This document shows, piece after piece, positions 60,520-64,000 of a stretch of 64,000 nt of DNA. The first letter of the stretch is position 1. Each line of letters begins with the position of its first letter. The translations under genes and the position numbers were made by a program. The notes below the pieces were generated by a model, which had not been told where the DNA came from, did no database searches, and worked only from the letters and a program-made list of their open reading frames with translations. Source of the stretch: the human T2T-CHM13v2.0 reference genome, Homo sapiens; the NCBI RefSeq assembly GCF_009914755.1, contig NC_060928.1; one strand, 5' to 3'.

Positions 60520-61820
60520 AGGCTCTTTTCATTTTTCCAGTCTGTTTCTCTGTGTCCACATTGGACAGTGCTATTGCTGTATCCTAAAGTTAGCTAACTT
60601 GATTCTTCTCTCCTTCCTTTCCATTTGGCTCTAGAGCCCAGGTGTTGTTTTAATATAGGTTATTGTGTATTTTCCTGTTCTAGATTTTTTTATTTAGAGA
60701 CTTTCTATTTGTTGCTAAGATGGTGTTCTATCATTTGTTTTCATGCATTTTTGTAATTGCTCATTGGGAAATTTTTATGATGATTGCTTTAAAAATCTTT
60801 GTCAGATAATTTTAACATCTCTATCATCCTGGTATTGGATTCTATTGATTGTGTTTTTTCATTAAGTTTGACATGTTCCTGGTTCCTCATATAATGAATG
60901 ATTTTCAGTTGAAAACTGGATGATCTGTGTATTAGGTTATGAGGCTCTGGCTTTTATTTAAATCTTCCGTTTGAGCTGGTTTCTTTTCTCACAGGAAGGT
61001 TAGTTTGTAGCTGCCTTGTTACTGCAGGTGGAGTTGATAGAAGTCCACGTTCCACACTCAGCTACTGCTGATATTGAAGCTTTTTATTATTGTTGGATGT
61101 GCTCAGGAGGTTAGGCTCCTCACTAGGCCTCTACTGATGCTGCCCTTACTGAGATGGGTATGAGTGCCTTGTTACCCTGTGTGACCTCCACTGATACCCG
61201 GGGTCGGTGTGCCTCCTTACTGGTGGGAAGTGATGAAAGTCTTCACCTGGCCTCTGTTTACACCAGCATCTTAGGAAGTGGGGAAACGGGTGCTCTTTAC
61301 TGACAACGTGGGGTGGCAGGTCATCACTACTCTGGAGTGGGGATGAAAGTCCAAGGTCCCCACTAGCCCTGCCTAACACCACCTTTTTGGGGGTTGCATA
61401 GAGGTGCCGGGGTTATAACCTAGTGGAGATGGAACTCTAGGCTTTCTTTGGTCTTTGATAATGTGGGTGTGGGTGAGGCTAAAGTTTTCTCTGTTGTTTG
61501 CCTGGAGTAGTGCAGTGTTTATCTAAAAGTTTTCTGAATTACTACATTGCCCCTTTCCTGGTTCTTTGGCTCAGGAAAGCAAGCTTTACTGGGCCATTTT
61601 CGGTCTATATCTGTTGGTGTTTCCATGTTGCCAGATTTTTCTGCTCCAAATCTGGAAGTATGAGTTAAACAACAAACAACAAACAAACAAACAAACAAAC
61701 GAATGAAACCAGGGAACTCAGAGCCACGTTGTTCCATGAATCCACATTGTTCCATGAGTCTGAGGCATGTCTGCCTTATTTTCTCCATCCTTCAGCATCT
61801 TCTTACGTTTGTTTTACATA
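60520..61820 (-). mobile_element. Old L1M(C) 5' region
   Basis: tgattgctttaaaaatctttgtcagataattttaacatct and repeated gaaagtcc...ggctcctcactaggcctct units typical of L1MC 5' ends. Confidence 0.6.
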
Positions 61821-64000
61821 CAGTAGTCCTCCTTTATTCACAGAGAATACTGGTTTGGGACCATTTTATTAAAATCGTGCATTTTGCAAATAATTTCTAC
61901 ATATTTGACAGTTGTGTATAATTTTTCTATAGTCATTGTGAATATTTATGTCCAAAAGGCCTGTTTCTATTATTGAATTAAACAACACTGCTGGGACTAG
62001 AATTTATCAACTCTGTAGGAAAATGAAACAAGTCAGGAAATTATCTCAGGAGTCACTATTAGTCTGCCACAGACCATTCTGAAGGGCTGAAAGCATTACA
62101 TGCAGATGGCAGCCTAGGACTAACTTACCTGGAAAAATTGGAATAATAATAACAAAAGCATTTTCCTACCTTTGGTTAGGTCTAATTAAAATATGTAAAG
62201 TTTCATAAACTTTTCAGTAAGCAATGCTTCTCAAACGTAAGATACATTGTCCCTTGTATGTGATTTAGAGAAAAATTTCCTACTACTAAACATATGTTAA
62301 TTATTTTGAACAGTGGACCTGAAATTTGAGGGCTTTCTGTATTCCTTTATAAGAATATACTGTTGTTATTCCCAGAGAAAATTTTATTATCTTAAATTTC
62401 TTTATTCTTCTCCTCTGGTAAATAGATGAGTTACTTCAGATAACATGATCTAAATTAATATTTCCAACAATTGGATAATTACGCTTGGTATTTTGCTTAC
62501 TCTGATTGGTTATTGGTCATTGAGTGGTTTTGCGGTTATATTAAGGAAAAGGAGGAGACAGAGACAGTCAAAATATGAGAATTGCTTTATGTTTTTTTTT
62601 TGGAATAATATATCAAATCAAAGAGGTATATTTCTGGTTATGTTTGTTCTGCTTGATCTCTGGTTGTTACATAAGTTGTTATATATTACCAAAGCTTATT
62701 CATCTAAAGTGGTTTTTCATTTAGTGTCTTGTAAAGGACATAATCAGTTTTTCAATCATAGTCATAGAAATAATGATAATAGTAATTTTGATATTTACAT
62801 TATCTCAGCTTAAAATCTCTAAATTTTCATCAAGATCCTGAGTAAATAATATTATCTATTTACTCTGCATAGTAGCTTTCTGCTTGTTCTAAAAATAGTT
62901 GGAAAATGTGCAAACTATATTGTGTCTAAATGAAAAGAGATGCCTGCTTATTTTTAGAGGTATTTCTTATTTTATTTTGACATTAGAAAATAACTTTAGG
63001 TATTTTTTAGTGAAGACAGTCTTTATAAAAACATAACATTTAGAAATAGGAATATTAAAATACATTAGTTCAGGAATGTCTATTTTTGGCCTATTTCTAT
63101 TATAATATCAAGGACCTCAGCTGAGATACTACTACTTTTAAAACACTAGATTTATTTATTAAAAGACATATACCAATACATTCATGGTTGTCTTTCACGT
63201 ATTGGTAATTATTGAAAAATATTATTTATAAGTACTTGCCTTATTTCCTTGAAGTCTGTTTATTTTAGGAGGATTTGTTTTCACAAGAACTAAAGAGTTA
63301 CTAAGGAAAGATAATTTGTTTTCCAACACAGTGTATCCAAAATAATTTCTGTGGAATATTAATATTGAATTGTCATGGAAAATTCTAAACTAGAAATTTA
63401 TTACACGAAAGCAACAACAATGTTATGATCTTTACCATCTACCACATCATTGTTTGCCTAAGGTTGAAGTGCTGGTTTTTAAAATATAGTGATGGTAATT
63501 TTAATTTCTAAGTTAATTTATGTTAACTGTCATACATAAATTTGACCATTGTTAAATGTATCCCAATTTTCCCTATTCTGTCATTGTGTAGCTCTCCCTT
63601 TAACCTTCTCTTCTTCCTTTTTTGTTTTCTCCTCTTCTACCATCTCATGAAAGAAATGATCTTTATTTAAACTAAATTATCTTTTTTTTCAATATAGCAT
63701 ATATTGTCAGCTTTTTAGATAATCACTTAATTAAATCAGGAACGTACATTTCAATAATATGGCATGAAGTTTCTCAAAGTAGGGAGCCTAGATGATGGCA
63801 TTTTTTCCAAGTCCTGACACTGACATATGCATATTGCTTCTGAACTGTTTTTTCCATAAAACATTGCAGAGTTCAAAAGTATTACGTCTTTTAAAAGGCT
63901 ACCTTTTTCTCCATCTGTCTCTTCTATGGTTTAATTAATAAACATTCACCTAGTTTCTCTAATCTCTAGTGCTAAAAAGTTTACATTAATATAGAATATA

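Noticed and set aside
61821-61860. Tigger/MER2-like terminal repeat (cagtagtcctcctttattcac)
   Set aside because: Could not find the matching end or internal sequence with confidence.

Overview
Primate (almost certainly human) AT-rich intronic DNA with no intact protein-coding gene. One strong 66-nt + strand exon (31021-31086) has stops in all three frames and two uAUGs; from memory it matches the 5'UTR exon 2 of ADGRL3/LPHN3 (not verified), which would make the window the end of intron 1 and the start of intron 2. Recognisable mobile DNA: a full-length but frameshifted L1PA2/PA3 (15133-21152, minus), a MER11 solo LTR with a 6-bp TSD, MSTB, MLT1/MER21, eight Alus, Tigger1, Tigger2a, MADE1, MER58, MER45 and many old L2/MIR/L1M remnants. 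The most unusual signal is a set of short locally templated duplications. The main case is a mosaic at 32328-33921, 1.2 kb downstream of the exon. It holds an inverted 108/109 copy of 27937-28045, fused by 5-bp microhomology to an inverted ~95% copy of 47982-48189, and ends with a direct 199/201 copy of 28038-28238. Re-inverting the block reconstructs a head-to-tail junction of the 20-kb segment 27937-48189. The inverted copy also brackets the uORF-bearing exon with complementary arms. All alignments were made by eye and repeat subfamily calls come from remembered consensus sequences.
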